From positions 34,842 to 98,841 of the forward strand of contig JAVKHQ010000007.1 of the NCBI GenBank assembly GCA_031459875.1: a stretch of DNA of 64,000 nucleotides. The letters run 5' to 3'. The notes beneath the pieces are model-generated. The model was not told where the DNA came from. It did no database searches and saw only the letters and a program-made list of their open reading frames with translations. This document shows positions 8,985 through 18,822 of the stretch, piece after piece (the stretch's first letter is position 1; each line of letters opens with the position of its first letter). The translations under genes were made by a program, and so were the position numbers. This stretch comes from Candidatus Fervidifonticultor sextus. GTDB lineage: Bacteria > Sysuimicrobiota > Sysuimicrobiia > Sysuimicrobiales > Humicultoraceae.

Positions 8985-9022
8985 TTGACGGACGGCATGA
9001 GCCATGACTAGAATTATAGTCA
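8985..9022 (+). promoter_or_regulatory. Sigma70 promoter and palindromic operator of the relE-phd module
   Basis: TTGACG-18-TAGAAT; TGACTA-n6-TAGTCA (9005-9022) overlaps the -10. Confidence 0.7.
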
Positions 9023-9024
9023 AA

Positions 9025-9348
9025 ATGGCGCGACGGCCGACGTTCGAGTTGACCTATGCTCCGGTCACGAGGCGACACCTGCGGGCGATCGAGCCGGGAT
9101 GCTATCGACTCATACGCCGCGAGATTGAAACCCAATTGCCGGTCGGGCCTGACACTGAGACGCGCAGTCGAAAACCTTTGAAGCGGCCAGGGATCTTTGG
9201 GGCGGTGTGGGAGATGCGGTTCGGTCCCGGATGCCGGTTTCGCGTCTTCTACAGGGTCAACCGGGACGAGCGGCACGTCGAGATCCTGGCGATTGGCGAG
9301 AAGGAAGGAAGCAGTCTGTTCGTGGGCGGAGAGGCAATTGAAACATGA
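9025..9348 (+). CDS. RelE/ParE-family type II toxin
   Basis: 107 aa basic protein; WEMRFG..RFRVFYRV....VEILAIGEK. Confidence 0.85.
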   Translation: MARRPTFELTYAPVTRRHLRAIEPGCYRLIRREIETQLPVGPDTETRSRKPLKRPGIFGAVWEMRFGPGCRFRVFYRVNRDERHVEILAIGEKEGSSLFVGGEAIET

Positions 9349-9608
9349 GGATTGCTTCCGTCGCCGAGGTCAAGGCCAAGTTGAGCGGCTACATCGAGGC
9401 GAGCAAGACGGGGCCCATCATCGTCACCAAGAACGGGAAACCCGTGGCCGTCCTGCTGTCGGTGCAAGACGAGGACGAGATAGAGCGATTGCTATTGGCC
9501 TACTCCCCCAGGTTGCAGCGCGTCCTGGCGATGGCGGAACAACAGATTCGAGCCGGGAAGGGGATCAAGCACGACGCGTTCTGGCATGAGTTTCCCGCAG
9601 AGGCATGA
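9345..9608 (+). CDS. Phd/YefM-family antitoxin
   Basis: SVAEVKAKLSGYIE...PIIVTKNGKPVAVL; ATGA overlap with the toxin. Confidence 0.92.
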   Translation: MRIASVAEVKAKLSGYIEASKTGPIIVTKNGKPVAVLLSVQDEDEIERLLLAYSPRLQRVLAMAEQQIRAGKGIKHDAFWHEFPAEA

Positions 9609-9636
9609 GGACCTGCACGCACGCTATACTGACCGC

Positions 9637-11667
9637 ATGACCGATGCCACCGCGGCGCGTCCGGGTCGACCCTCCGCGGTCTCCCTCCACCCCGGCCTCG
9701 CTCCGGTGCTGGCCGAGATCGGCGAGGTGCCGCCCGGTCCGTTCGTCCCGGCCTCGTTCCAGCGGGACGCGCTGGCGGCCCTCGTCACCCACGACGTGCT
9801 GGTCATGGCGCCGACCGGCAGCGGGAAGACGTGGATCGCGCAGGAGGCGATCCGCGCCCGGGCCGCCGGGGCCGGCCAGACCTGGTACACGACACCGCTG
9901 AAGGCGCTGTCCAACCAGAAGTTCCGGCAGTTCCAGGGCCTGTTCGGCGAAGAGGCCGTCGGGCTGCTGACCGGCGAGCGCCGGATCAACCCCCGTGCGC
10001 CGATCATCGTCGGCACGACCGAGATCCTGCGCAACGTCCTCTATGGCGGCGCTGACGGGATCGGGTTCATCGTGCTCGACGAGGCGCACTACCTGGGGGA
10101 TGTGGAGCGCGGCACCGCGTGGGAAGAAGTCCTGCTGCTGGCCTCACCCAGCACGCGGCTGCTGCTGCTCTCGGCCTCGCTGCCCAACGCCGACGAACTG
10201 GCCGGCTGGCTGGAAGAGGTGCGCGGCCGGCGTCCCGTGGTCGTGCGCGAGGACCGGCGTCCCGTGCCGCTGCGCATCCTGCTGGCGGACGCGGCGGGCC
10301 GCCTCCTGCCGCCGGCCATGGCCGGAAGGCTGCGGCGCGAAGAGCGGCGCCGGACCTGGCTCCCTGAACTGCTCCGCCAGCTCGAGGCGGGCCATCTGCT
10401 GCCGGCGATCCTTTTCTTCCCCTCCCGGCGCGAGTGCGACGTTGCCGTGCGCGAACTCGCGCCGCTGCGCCAGGGCGGCGCGGAGGAGCGCGCGCGGGCC
10501 CTGGGCCGGTGGGAAGCCGAGTACCCGACGCTATTGGGCCATCCCTTCCGGCACACGTTGATCCAGGCGGGGATCGCGCCGCACCACGCCGGCCACCTGA
10601 TGGCGTGGCGCCTGGCGGTGGAGGATCTGCTGGCCCGCGGCCTGATCCGTGCCGTCGCGGCGACGACGACGCTGGCCAGCGGCCTGGATGTGCCGGCGCG
10701 CACCGTGGTCCTGAGCACGCTGGTCAGGAACAGCCCCGAAGGGCCCGTGGCGCTGTCGGCCACTGAGTTCCAGCAGATGTCCGGCCGGGCCGGCCGCCGG
10801 GGACGCGACCGGGTCGGCGTGGTCGTCGTCCCCGCCTCCGAGCGCAGCGAGGCGCACCTGGGGTTGGGCCTGGCCGAGGCCGACCCCGAGCCGGTGACCT
10901 CGGCGTTTGCGCCGTCCTACACGCAGGTGCTCAACATGCTGGCGCGCCGCCGTCTCGAGGAGGCGGTCGCCGAACTCCATCGGTCCTTCGCCGCCTACCA
11001 GGGCCTGCTGGGCCGCCGGATGCGCCTGCCGCGCCACCTGCCCGAGGGCGCCGTCGCCGAGGCCGCCCACCGGGCCCGGGACGGCCTGACGGCGGCGTTC
11101 CTGATGCGCGCCGCGGTCCTCCAGGTCCTCGGGTATCTGGACGCCAGCGCCCGCCCGACCGACGACGGCCGCTGGGCGATGCGCCTCCGCCATCCCCGGC
11201 TGCTGGTCCTGGCCGAACTGGTGCGCCGGCGGCAGGTGCCCGCGACCGTCCCCCGCCTGGCCGCAACGGCCGCGGCGCTCGGCACCGAGCGACCGCCCCG
11301 CGGAGGCGGGACGAAGGCGCGCCTGGCCGCGCTCTCGCACGTCGTAGAGGAGGTCGTGCGCCTGGAGCGGATGTTCGGGTTGGAACCCGACCCCGTCGCC
11401 GGGGAGTTCAAGGTCGAGTGGAACCGGCACCGCCACCGCGTGATGCCTTCTCCGGCCGAGCGCCGGGCCGAGGCGGTGGAGGCCTGGGCTCGGGGGGCGG
11501 AGTGGCTCCGCCTCGTCACCGCGGTCGAGTCGGAGGAAGGCGACCTGCAGCGGACGGTGCTTCAGGCGGCGGAGGTCCTCATGCAACTGGAGGGGTTGCC
11601 CTTCCCGTCGCTGCGGGCGCTGGCGCACGAGGCGCGGGAGGCGCTGCTGCGACCGCCGGTGGTGTAG
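9637..11667 (+). CDS. Ski2/HelY-like DEAH-box RNA helicase
   Basis: PTGSGKT, PLKALSNQK, DEAH, SAS, HHAG, QMSGRAGRRG; DSHCT-like EEGDLQR C-terminus. Confidence 0.92.
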   Translation: MTDATAARPGRPSAVSLHPGLAPVLAEIGEVPPGPFVPASFQRDALAALVTHDVLVMAPTGSGKTWIAQEAIRARAAGAGQTWYTTPLKALSNQKFRQFQGLFGEEAVGLLTGERRINPRAPIIVGTTEILRNVLYGGADGIGFIVLDEAHYLGDVERGTAWEEVLLLASPSTRLLLLSASLPNADELAGWLEEVRGRRPVVVREDRRPVPLRILLADAAGRLLPPAMAGRLRREERRRTWLPELLRQLEAGHLLPAILFFPSRRECDVAVRELAPLRQGGAEERARALGRWEAEYPTLLGHPFRHTLIQAGIAPHHAGHLMAWRLAVEDLLARGLIRAVAATTTLASGLDVPARTVVLSTLVRNSPEGPVALSATEFQQMSGRAGRRGRDRVGVVVVPASERSEAHLGLGLAEADPEPVTSAFAPSYTQVLNMLARRRLEEAVAELHRSFAAYQGLLGRRMRLPRHLPEGAVAEAAHRARDGLTAAFLMRAAVLQVLGYLDASARPTDDGRWAMRLRHPRLLVLAELVRRRQVPATVPRLAATAAALGTERPPRGGGTKARLAALSHVVEEVVRLERMFGLEPDPVAGEFKVEWNRHRHRVMPSPAERRAEAVEAWARGAEWLRLVTAVESEEGDLQRTVLQAAEVLMQLEGLPFPSLRALAHEAREALLRPPVV

Positions 11668-11681
11668 GCGGGCCTCTGGAC

Positions 11682-11878
11682 CTACGGTCTTCGGATGGAT
11701 TCGAGGCCGACCCGGCGCGCTACGGACTCAAGCCGTGAGTCCCAACAAGCGAACAGCACCGGGGCGGACAGGCGTTCCCTGTGAGAGTGAGCGCCGAGGC
11801 CAGATGGAGGGCATCGTATGCCCGGAGATGGTACTTCTCCGCAGCGTCCCCCGCAGTCATGATCAGCGAGTCTGTCAC
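11682..11878 (-). pseudogene. vapC: VapC/PIN toxin, C-terminal half with frameshift
   Basis: VTDSLIMTAGDAAEKYHLRAYDALHLASALTL, then in another frame PVLFACWDSRLESVARRVGL; N-terminal half missing. Confidence 0.75.
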
Positions 11879-12126
11879 GCGAACGTGAACGAGCGCCCTC
11901 TGATCTTGACCGGTCTTCGCGCTCCCCTGGGTTTCCCGCCATTCCAGTGCGCGGTTCCATCCTGCAGCATCGCCTCGAACCGCTCGTCGATCTCGCCTTC
12001 CGGAGCCGGCACCATGACCGCGATGGGCTCCCCGTGGGTGGTGACCACGATGCGCTCGCCCTCTTTGATGCGCCGCAGATAGTGGCTCAGACGTGCCTTG
12101 AGCTCCCTCACGCCGACAGTCGCCAT
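11875..12126 (-). CDS. Phd/YefM-family antitoxin (C-terminus possibly truncated)
   Basis: MATVGVRELKARLSHYLRRIKEGERIVVTTHGEPIA; AGGAG RBS. Confidence 0.88.
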   Translation of the reverse strand: MATVGVRELKARLSHYLRRIKEGERIVVTTHGEPIAVMVPAPEGEIDERFEAMLQDGTAHWNGGKPRGARRPVKIRGRSFTFA

Positions 12127-12196
12127 GAAACGGCTCCTCATCCTTTGTGACTAGATTTTATTGAATTATGGACACATCCACATCAGCCGACCCCCA

Positions 12197-13120
12197 TCAT
12201 CTCTGTTGCCGCACACCATCGGCCAACACCGCGTCCAGTCCGCGCCGCAGATCGCCCAGTTCACTCTCTGCCACCGGCCGCAGCGGCGCCCGCACGTGGG
12301 GCCCGATCACCCCGCGCAGCGCCAGCGCCGCCTTGATGTGGGGGACCGAGGCGCCGTTGTGCAGCATGCGGCACACCGCCGCGACCTGCCGGTACGCTTC
12401 CTTCACGTCAGGCCAGGCCCCGCGCGCCGCCGCCCGCCACAGCGCCACATACGGCTCCGGCACCGCGGCCGCCGGCCCGGAGACCGTGCCCGCCCACCCC
12501 ATGGCGACCATGGCAGGGATGAGCAGGTCGGCGCCGACCAGGATGCGGAAGCCCGGACCTGCCGCCTCCGAGATCAGCACCACACCGTAGGGGTCCCCGG
12601 TGCTGTCCTTCATGCCGACCAAGTTCGGCCGCCCGAGCAGCGCGCGGACCACCGACGGGGTCAGGGGATTGCCCGTGGTCTGCGGGATGTTGTAGAGCAG
12701 CACCGGGTGATCGGGGACTGCGTCGGCCACCGCCTCGAAGTGGGCGATGAGCGCCTCCTCGGCGTGCCGGAAGTAGAACGGCGCCATGACCGCCAGCGCA
12801 TCCACGCCCGCTCCGACGGCGGTTCGAGCCGCCGCGATCGTCCCCGCCGTCGTCATCCCGCCCACCTGCGCGATGACCGGGACCCGGCCGGCTGAGGCGG
12901 TCACCGCCGCGCGCAGCACGGTGACCCGCTCCTCCAGGTCCAGCAGTGGCCCCTCCCCTGTTGTCCCGCACGCGAAGATCCCGTCCACGCCCCGGTCCAC
13001 CAGCCACCCGACCAGATCGCCCACGCCGCGCGCATCCACCTGGCCGTCTGCGTGCATCGGGGTCGGGAGGGCGATGATCACCCCCCGCAGACGCTCGACA
13101 ACCTCACGCCGGATGCCCAT
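12197..13120 (-). CDS. DHDPS/NAL-family class I aldolase
   Basis: GTTGE, LYNIP, GMKDS motifs. Confidence 0.9.
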   Translation of the reverse strand: MGIRREVVERLRGVIIALPTPMHADGQVDARGVGDLVGWLVDRGVDGIFACGTTGEGPLLDLEERVTVLRAAVTASAGRVPVIAQVGGMTTAGTIAAARTAVGAGVDALAVMAPFYFRHAEEALIAHFEAVADAVPDHPVLLYNIPQTTGNPLTPSVVRALLGRPNLVGMKDSTGDPYGVVLISEAAGPGFRILVGADLLIPAMVAMGWAGTVSGPAAAVPEPYVALWRAAARGAWPDVKEAYRQVAAVCRMLHNGASVPHIKAALALRGVIGPHVRAPLRPVAESELGDLRRGLDAVLADGVRQQR

Positions 13121-13345
13121 GGAGATTCAGCACCCTCCCGGCCGCCTGCGCGGCCCCGCTCACGCTCTCGCCGTACCCGCGGGTCCCGTGCCCTGGACGC
13201 TTCGACGCCTGCACCGCCTCCTCTTGCTCTGCGGGGTGGAGCCGGTCCTGCCCGGTATCCATCGCCGCCCTCCTGACGCTACAGTAGTTGTGGAGGCGCC
13301 TCCGTGAGCCTGCACGAACACCCGGACGCGCACCGCTCATGCGAC

Positions 13346-14278
13346 GTGACCGCCGGCACCCTGCCCAAAGGAATCGTCCCCGTCCTGCAGACGCCCTTCG
13401 CGCAGGACGGGAGCATCGACCTCGAGGGCCTGGAGCGGCTCACTGAGGACGCCGTCCGCGCCGGGGCGCGCGGCGTCCTGGCCCCGGCCGTGGCCAGCGA
13501 GGTGGACTACCTCGCGCGCGCGGAGCGGCGCAGGCTCGTCTCCATCATCGCCCGATCGCTGGCGGGGCGCCTGCCGTTCATCGTCGGCGCGTCGTCGAAC
13601 CACGTCGAGGAGTGCGTGGAGGTCGCGCGGCTCGCCGAGCAGGTCGGCGCCGCAGCGTACCTGGTTGCCGTGCCGGACGCGCTCTACCGCAGCCCTGAGG
13701 ACATCCCGGGCTTCTTCCAGGCCATCGCATCGAAGGCCGGGCTCCCGCTGATCATCCAGGACCTGGAGTGGAGCGGCCCCGGCCTGCCCCTCGAGGTACT
13801 CCGCACCCTCAAGGCGGCGATTCCCACCCTGGCGGGGATCAAGATCGAGACGGTCCCGGCCGGGCCGAAGTACACCGCCGTGCGGGAGGCCTTTGGGGAG
13901 GCCTTCTACATTTGCGGCGGCTGGGCGGTCCCCCAGATGATCGAGGCGCTGGACCGCGGCGTGGACGCCATGATCCCCGAGGCGTCCATGGTGAGGGTCT
14001 ATGCGGCGATCTACCGCCTCTACCATGCCGGAAATCGCGGGAAGGCGCAGGAGGTCTTCCGGGAACTGCTGCCGGTCCTGGCATTTGCCAACCAGGAGAT
14101 CCGCCTCTCCATCGCCTTCTTCAAGGCGCTGCTCGTCCGGAAAGGGATCTTCCGGTACGAGACGATGCGCTGGCCGGGCTTCCGCTGGGATGCCTACCAC
14201 CGTCGAATCGCCGACGAATTGATCGAGCACTACCTGGCGCTGGAGGAGCGCGTAGGCCGGCTCTCCCTACCGACCTAG
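13346..14278 (+). CDS. DHDPS-family protein, 2-keto-3-deoxy-pentonate dehydratase-like
   Basis: GIVPVLQTPF, AVASE, IQD, IKIE variants of the family motifs; start may be 13304. Confidence 0.8.
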   Translation: MTAGTLPKGIVPVLQTPFAQDGSIDLEGLERLTEDAVRAGARGVLAPAVASEVDYLARAERRRLVSIIARSLAGRLPFIVGASSNHVEECVEVARLAEQVGAAAYLVAVPDALYRSPEDIPGFFQAIASKAGLPLIIQDLEWSGPGLPLEVLRTLKAAIPTLAGIKIETVPAGPKYTAVREAFGEAFYICGGWAVPQMIEALDRGVDAMIPEASMVRVYAAIYRLYHAGNRGKAQEVFRELLPVLAFANQEIRLSIAFFKALLVRKGIFRYETMRWPGFRWDAYHRRIADELIEHYLALEERVGRLSLPT

Positions 14279-15544
14279 GCCGGGCAGGAACATCACCAGC
14301 TGGGGCACCAGCGTAATGAGGAAGAGACACCCGACCAGGACGACGATGTAGGGGACGAGTTCCTTCAGGATCACTGCCATCGGCAACTTCGTCAGCCCGC
14401 TCAGCAGGAACAGCAGCATCCCGAAGGGCGGGGTGAGCAGCCCGATCATCACGTTGAGCACAAAGACCACCCCGAAGTGGACCAGGTCGATGCCCAGCGC
14501 CTGAACGATGGGGATCACGATGGGCAGGAAGATGAGCATGATGGCCAGCGTCTCCATGAACATGCCCAGGATCAGGAAAAGCACGTTCAGGATCAGCAGC
14601 ATCACCACCGGATTCCGGGTGATCTCCAGGAAGAACGCCGCGATGGCCTGGGGGATCTGCTCGCGGGCCAAAATCCATCCGAACACCGAGGCCGTGGTCA
14701 CGATGAACATGATCATGGCCGTGTTCTCGACCACGCGCAGGGCCAGGCGGGGGATCTCGCGGGGCGGGATCTCGCGGTAGGCGACCGTTCCCAGGGCCAG
14801 GGCGTACAGCACCGCGACGGCCGCCGCCTCGGTCGGCGTGAAGAACCCGCTGTAGATGCCCCCCAGGAGGATGACCGGGGCAAGCAGCGGCGGGACGGCC
14901 TTCCAGAACGCTGCCACGAACTCCCGGAACGTGACCCGCGCCTCGCGGGGGAAGCCCCGCCGGACGGCCTGGACGTAGACCAGGCCCATCATCGCCAGCC
15001 CCATGAGGACCCCCGGGATCACGCCGCCCAGGAAGAGAGCCCCCACCGAGACCTGGGCCATGGACCCGTAGATGACCATGGGGATGGACGGCGGGATGAT
15101 CGGCCCGATGGTGGAGGTCGCGGCCGACAGCGCCGCGGCGAACGGGCGGGGGTAGCCGGCGCCTTCCATCGCCTCGACCTCCATCATGCCCACGCCTGCG
15201 GCGTCGGCGATGGCCGAACCCGACATGCCGGCGAAGATCATGCTGTTCACGACGTTCACGTGCGCCAGGCCGCCCGGCACGTGGCCGACCACGGCATGGG
15301 CGAACTGGAAGATGCGCCGTGTCGTGCCGGTGGTGTTCATCACCTCGGCAGCCAGGATGAAGAACGGCACCGCCAGCAGCAGGAAGGAGTCGATCCCGAA
15401 GATCATCCGCTGGGCAACGATGGTGATGTCGATGGTCCCCACCAGCACCATGTAGATCGCGCACCCCAGGCCCAACGCGAAGGCCACCGGGAGTCCCGTC
15501 GCGAACCCGACCGCGACGACGCCCAGCAGGATCCACTTCTCCAC
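14267..15544 (-). CDS. dctM: TRAP transporter large permease
   Basis: LLAVPFFILA, SGSAIAD, IIPPSIP, FTPTEA, LTPPFG. Confidence 0.95.
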   Translation of the reverse strand: MEKWILLGVVAVGFATGLPVAFALGLGCAIYMVLVGTIDITIVAQRMIFGIDSFLLLAVPFFILAAEVMNTTGTTRRIFQFAHAVVGHVPGGLAHVNVVNSMIFAGMSGSAIADAAGVGMMEVEAMEGAGYPRPFAAALSAATSTIGPIIPPSIPMVIYGSMAQVSVGALFLGGVIPGVLMGLAMMGLVYVQAVRRGFPREARVTFREFVAAFWKAVPPLLAPVILLGGIYSGFFTPTEAAAVAVLYALALGTVAYREIPPREIPRLALRVVENTAMIMFIVTTASVFGWILAREQIPQAIAAFFLEITRNPVVMLLILNVLFLILGMFMETLAIMLIFLPIVIPIVQALGIDLVHFGVVFVLNVMIGLLTPPFGMLLFLLSGLTKLPMAVILKELVPYIVVLVGCLFLITLVPQLVMFLPGLGR

Positions 15545-16047
15545 TAGCGAGCCCTCAGCGAGCGGATCAGATCTGCGGCCTGCTGGAGGTGGTGGATCAG
15601 GAGGAGCACGCAGGCGACCGGGACGGCGACGACCAGGTACCCCGAGGGCACCTCCATGGCGGGTGAGGGAATCTTCCGATAGAACGCGAAGAACGCCAGG
15701 CCGCTTTGGAGCCCGTACAGCAGGAAGAAGAGGATGGCCACCTCGTGGACCAGCAGCAGGACCGTCCTGGCCCGCCCGGGCAGCCTGTTGGGGACGAAAT
15801 CCATGCGGATCTGCGCGCGCCGCCGGCTCACCAGCGCCGCCCCCAGGAAGACCATCCAGATGTACAGGTACCGGGCCAGTTCATCCGCCCAGGTGGGCGG
15901 CCGCGTCAGGACGTCGCGCATGAAGATCTGGTAGATGACGACGACGAACATGAGCAGGAGGAGCAGGGAGGGCACCGTCTCCTCCACGAGGTGGACGATG
16001 CCCTCCCACAGCCGGACCCGGGTGGACCGTGCGGCCTGCGGCGTCAC
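15544..16047 (-). CDS. dctQ: TRAP transporter small permease
   Basis: 4 TM; WADELARYLYIWMVFLGA. Confidence 0.92.
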   Translation of the reverse strand: MTPQAARSTRVRLWEGIVHLVEETVPSLLLLLMFVVVIYQIFMRDVLTRPPTWADELARYLYIWMVFLGAALVSRRRAQIRMDFVPNRLPGRARTVLLLVHEVAILFFLLYGLQSGLAFFAFYRKIPSPAMEVPSGYLVVAVPVACVLLLIHHLQQAADLIRSLRAR

Positions 16048-16053
16048 CGACGT

Positions 16054-17049
16054 CTAGCGCGCCGACGCGATGGCCTCATACACGCCCTGACCCCAGACCT
16101 TCCCGAACTTGTCCGGCAGGCAGCGCCGGGCCTGGGCGCGGAAGGCGTCCATGTCGGGGGTGATCACCTCCATGCCCGCGGCCCTGAACTTGCCCAGCAG
16201 TTCGGCCTCATCCTTCAGCACCAGCGCATTGGAGACCTTACCCCCCTCCTCGAAGGCCTGCACCACGATGCGCTGGCCCTCGGCCCCCAGCGCCTCCCAC
16301 GTCTTCTCGTGGATGATGGGGATGATCGGCCCGACCTGGTGGCCGGTCAGCACCAGGTACTTGGCGACCTCGTAGAATTTGAAAGCGTTGATGTTGGTGA
16401 ACGGGTTCTCCTGGCCGTCCACCACGCCGGTCTTCAGAGCCAGGTAGACCTCACCGATGCCCATCGGGACCGGGTTGCCGCCCATGCACCGGAGGTTCTC
16501 GATGTAGATCGGGTTGTTGGGCACCCGGATCTTCAACCGGGCCAGCTCCGCCGGCGTCCTGAAGGGCTTGTTGGTGGTGAAGTGCCGGGTCCCCAGGTAC
16601 CAGACGTCCACCACCCGGATGGTGATGGCGCTGGGCAACTGCTTGAACAGTTCTTGCCCGATGCGCCCCTTCATGACCCTGAACATGTGGTCGACATCGA
16701 CGAACAGGTAGGCGGCCTCCAGCACGCCGACCGTGGCCAGATATGGCGCCATCCAGGACGGGTTGGAGAACCACATGTCCTGGGTGCCGCGCATGGTGTT
16801 GATCATCTGCTCGGCCTGGCTGCCGAGCTGATCGCCGGGAAACACCTGCAGCTGGATGCGGCCCCCGGACCGCTGGGCGATGATGTCTGCGGCCTTCCTG
16901 GCGCCCACATCCACCGGATGGCCCACCGGGTTGTTGGTGCCGAAACGGATCACGATGCGTTGCTGGGCGGCCAGCGGCTGGATCCCGACCAGCAGCGCCA
17001 GCACGGCCACGACCGTCACCGTCAGCCCACGTCGTATTACCTGCTCCAT
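16054..17049 (-). CDS. dctP: TRAP substrate-binding protein
   Basis: Signal peptide; LKIRVP, EVYLALKTGVVDGQENP. Confidence 0.95.
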   Translation of the reverse strand: MEQVIRRGLTVTVVAVLALLVGIQPLAAQQRIVIRFGTNNPVGHPVDVGARKAADIIAQRSGGRIQLQVFPGDQLGSQAEQMINTMRGTQDMWFSNPSWMAPYLATVGVLEAAYLFVDVDHMFRVMKGRIGQELFKQLPSAITIRVVDVWYLGTRHFTTNKPFRTPAELARLKIRVPNNPIYIENLRCMGGNPVPMGIGEVYLALKTGVVDGQENPFTNINAFKFYEVAKYLVLTGHQVGPIIPIIHEKTWEALGAEGQRIVVQAFEEGGKVSNALVLKDEAELLGKFRAAGMEVITPDMDAFRAQARRCLPDKFGKVWGQGVYEAIASAR

Positions 17050-17063
17050 GCTCCTCTCCTCCT

Positions 17064-18815
17064 TTACTCGGGTGCGCCAGCTCCCGTCGTCTGTGTCCCC
17101 CTGAGGCCTGCCATAAGCTCGTGACGGCTTCCACCCCCCTGTCCGGTTGGGGATCCTTGCCGCGCTCCCACCCGCAGGCGGCGCAGGCGCCTCATCACTT
17201 CACTGTGGCCCTCGCCGAAGTATTGCGCCAGCGCCAGGTAGTCGCGGTAGAGGGTCTCGTAGATCTGCTGCGCATCCGGTCGCGGGCGGTAGCGGATGCG
17301 GTCGGCGCTGCCCATGCGCCGGATGGCCTCGACCATGGTGTCGTAGCCTCCTGCACGCTCGCCCGCAGCCGCGGCCGCATAGATCGCCGCTCCCACCGCC
17401 GAGGCATGCTGGACTCGCGCTACCAGCACCTCGCGGCCGATGATGTCGGCGGTCAACTGCAACAGCAGCGGGTTGCGCTCGGCCAGCCCGCCGCAGGCGT
17501 GGACCTCGTGCACCGGGACGCCGCCGGCCTCGAACGTCTCGATGACCCGACGCGTGCCGAACGCGGTGGACTCCAGCAGCGCGCGGTAGATCTCGTGGGG
17601 TTCAGTGGTGACCGTCAGCCCCACCAGGAGGCCCGTCAGGTCGGCGTCCACCAGCGGCGTGCGGCAGCCGTTCCACCAGTCCAGCGCCAGTACTCCCGCC
17701 TCGCCGGGGGCCAGTCGGGCGGCGTCGGCTTCGAGGCGGTCGTAGACCGCAGCCTCGCCCCCATCCCCCCCTGCGTAGCGCGCGGGCACTGCGGTTCGCA
17801 CGAACCACTGGAAGATGTCGCCGACCGAGGCCTGGCCGGCCTCGTACCCGAACAGCCCCGGCAGGATGCCGTCTTCGACCACGCCCGAGATGCCGCGCAC
17901 GATCCGGCGCGCGGGGTCAACGAGGAGGTGGCAGGTCGAGGTCCCCATGATCGCCACGAGCCGGCCTGGCTCGCAGACGCCCACGGCGGGCACGGCGGCG
18001 TGCGCGTCGATGACCGCCACGGCGACCGGCGTGCCCTCGCGCAGGCCGGTCCGCTGCGCCCATGTGGCCGACAGGCCGCCGGCGCACGCCGCCACCGGGT
18101 GCGGGGGCGGGCCGAGTTTTTCCAGGAACGACGGCAGGTCGGGATCCAGCGACGCCCAGAACGCCGCCGGCGGATAGCCGGCGTCCTTCTGCCAGTGCGC
18201 CTTGTACCCCGCCTGACAGGCGCTGCGCACCTCCTCGCCGACCAGTTGCCAGACGATCCAGTCGCCGCCCTCGATCCAGCGGGCGGCGGCAGCGGCCACC
18301 TGCGGCGCCTCGGCCAGTACCTGCCAGGCCTTGGCCCAGGACCACTCCGACGAGGTGCGCCCTCCGTACCACTGGAGGAACCCCGCATCCGGCCGGCCTG
18401 CGGTGGCGTTGATCCGATCCGCGTACGGCTGCGCGGCGTGGTGCTTCCACAACTTGGGCCAGGCGTTGGGGTCCGTGGCGAACTCGGGCAACAGGCACAG
18501 CGGCGCGCCCTGGGCCGTGGCGGGCATCACGGTGCACGACGTAAAGTCCACGCCGATCCCGATAATGGCCCGCTGCGGCGCCCCCGCGGTCAGGGTGCGC
18601 AGCAGGGTCTCCAGCGCCTCGATCCAGTCGCCGGGGTGCTGCAGCGCCCAGTCTGGCGGCAGACGCTCCTCGGTGTCGGGCAGCGCCCGATCGATGACAC
18701 CGTGGGGATACGAGTAGGTCGCCGTGCCGGCGATGCGTCCATCGGCGGTGTCCACCAGCACCGCGCGCGCCGACTCGGTGCCGAAGTCTACCCCGATCGT
18801 GTAGCGCGTCGCCAC
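17064..18815 (-). CDS. araB: Ribulokinase (FGGY family)
   Basis: IGVDFGTESARA, WALQHP, KLWKHHAAQ, IDAH, GTSTC, LDWWNGCRTPL. Confidence 0.9.
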   Translation of the reverse strand: MATRYTIGVDFGTESARAVLVDTADGRIAGTATYSYPHGVIDRALPDTEERLPPDWALQHPGDWIEALETLLRTLTAGAPQRAIIGIGVDFTSCTVMPATAQGAPLCLLPEFATDPNAWPKLWKHHAAQPYADRINATAGRPDAGFLQWYGGRTSSEWSWAKAWQVLAEAPQVAAAAARWIEGGDWIVWQLVGEEVRSACQAGYKAHWQKDAGYPPAAFWASLDPDLPSFLEKLGPPPHPVAACAGGLSATWAQRTGLREGTPVAVAVIDAHAAVPAVGVCEPGRLVAIMGTSTCHLLVDPARRIVRGISGVVEDGILPGLFGYEAGQASVGDIFQWFVRTAVPARYAGGDGGEAAVYDRLEADAARLAPGEAGVLALDWWNGCRTPLVDADLTGLLVGLTVTTEPHEIYRALLESTAFGTRRVIETFEAGGVPVHEVHACGGLAERNPLLLQLTADIIGREVLVARVQHASAVGAAIYAAAAAGERAGGYDTMVEAIRRMGSADRIRYRPRPDAQQIYETLYRDYLALAQYFGEGHSEVMRRLRRLRVGARQGSPTGQGGGSRHELMAGLRGTQTTGAGAPE

Positions 18816-18822
18816 GAGGCCC

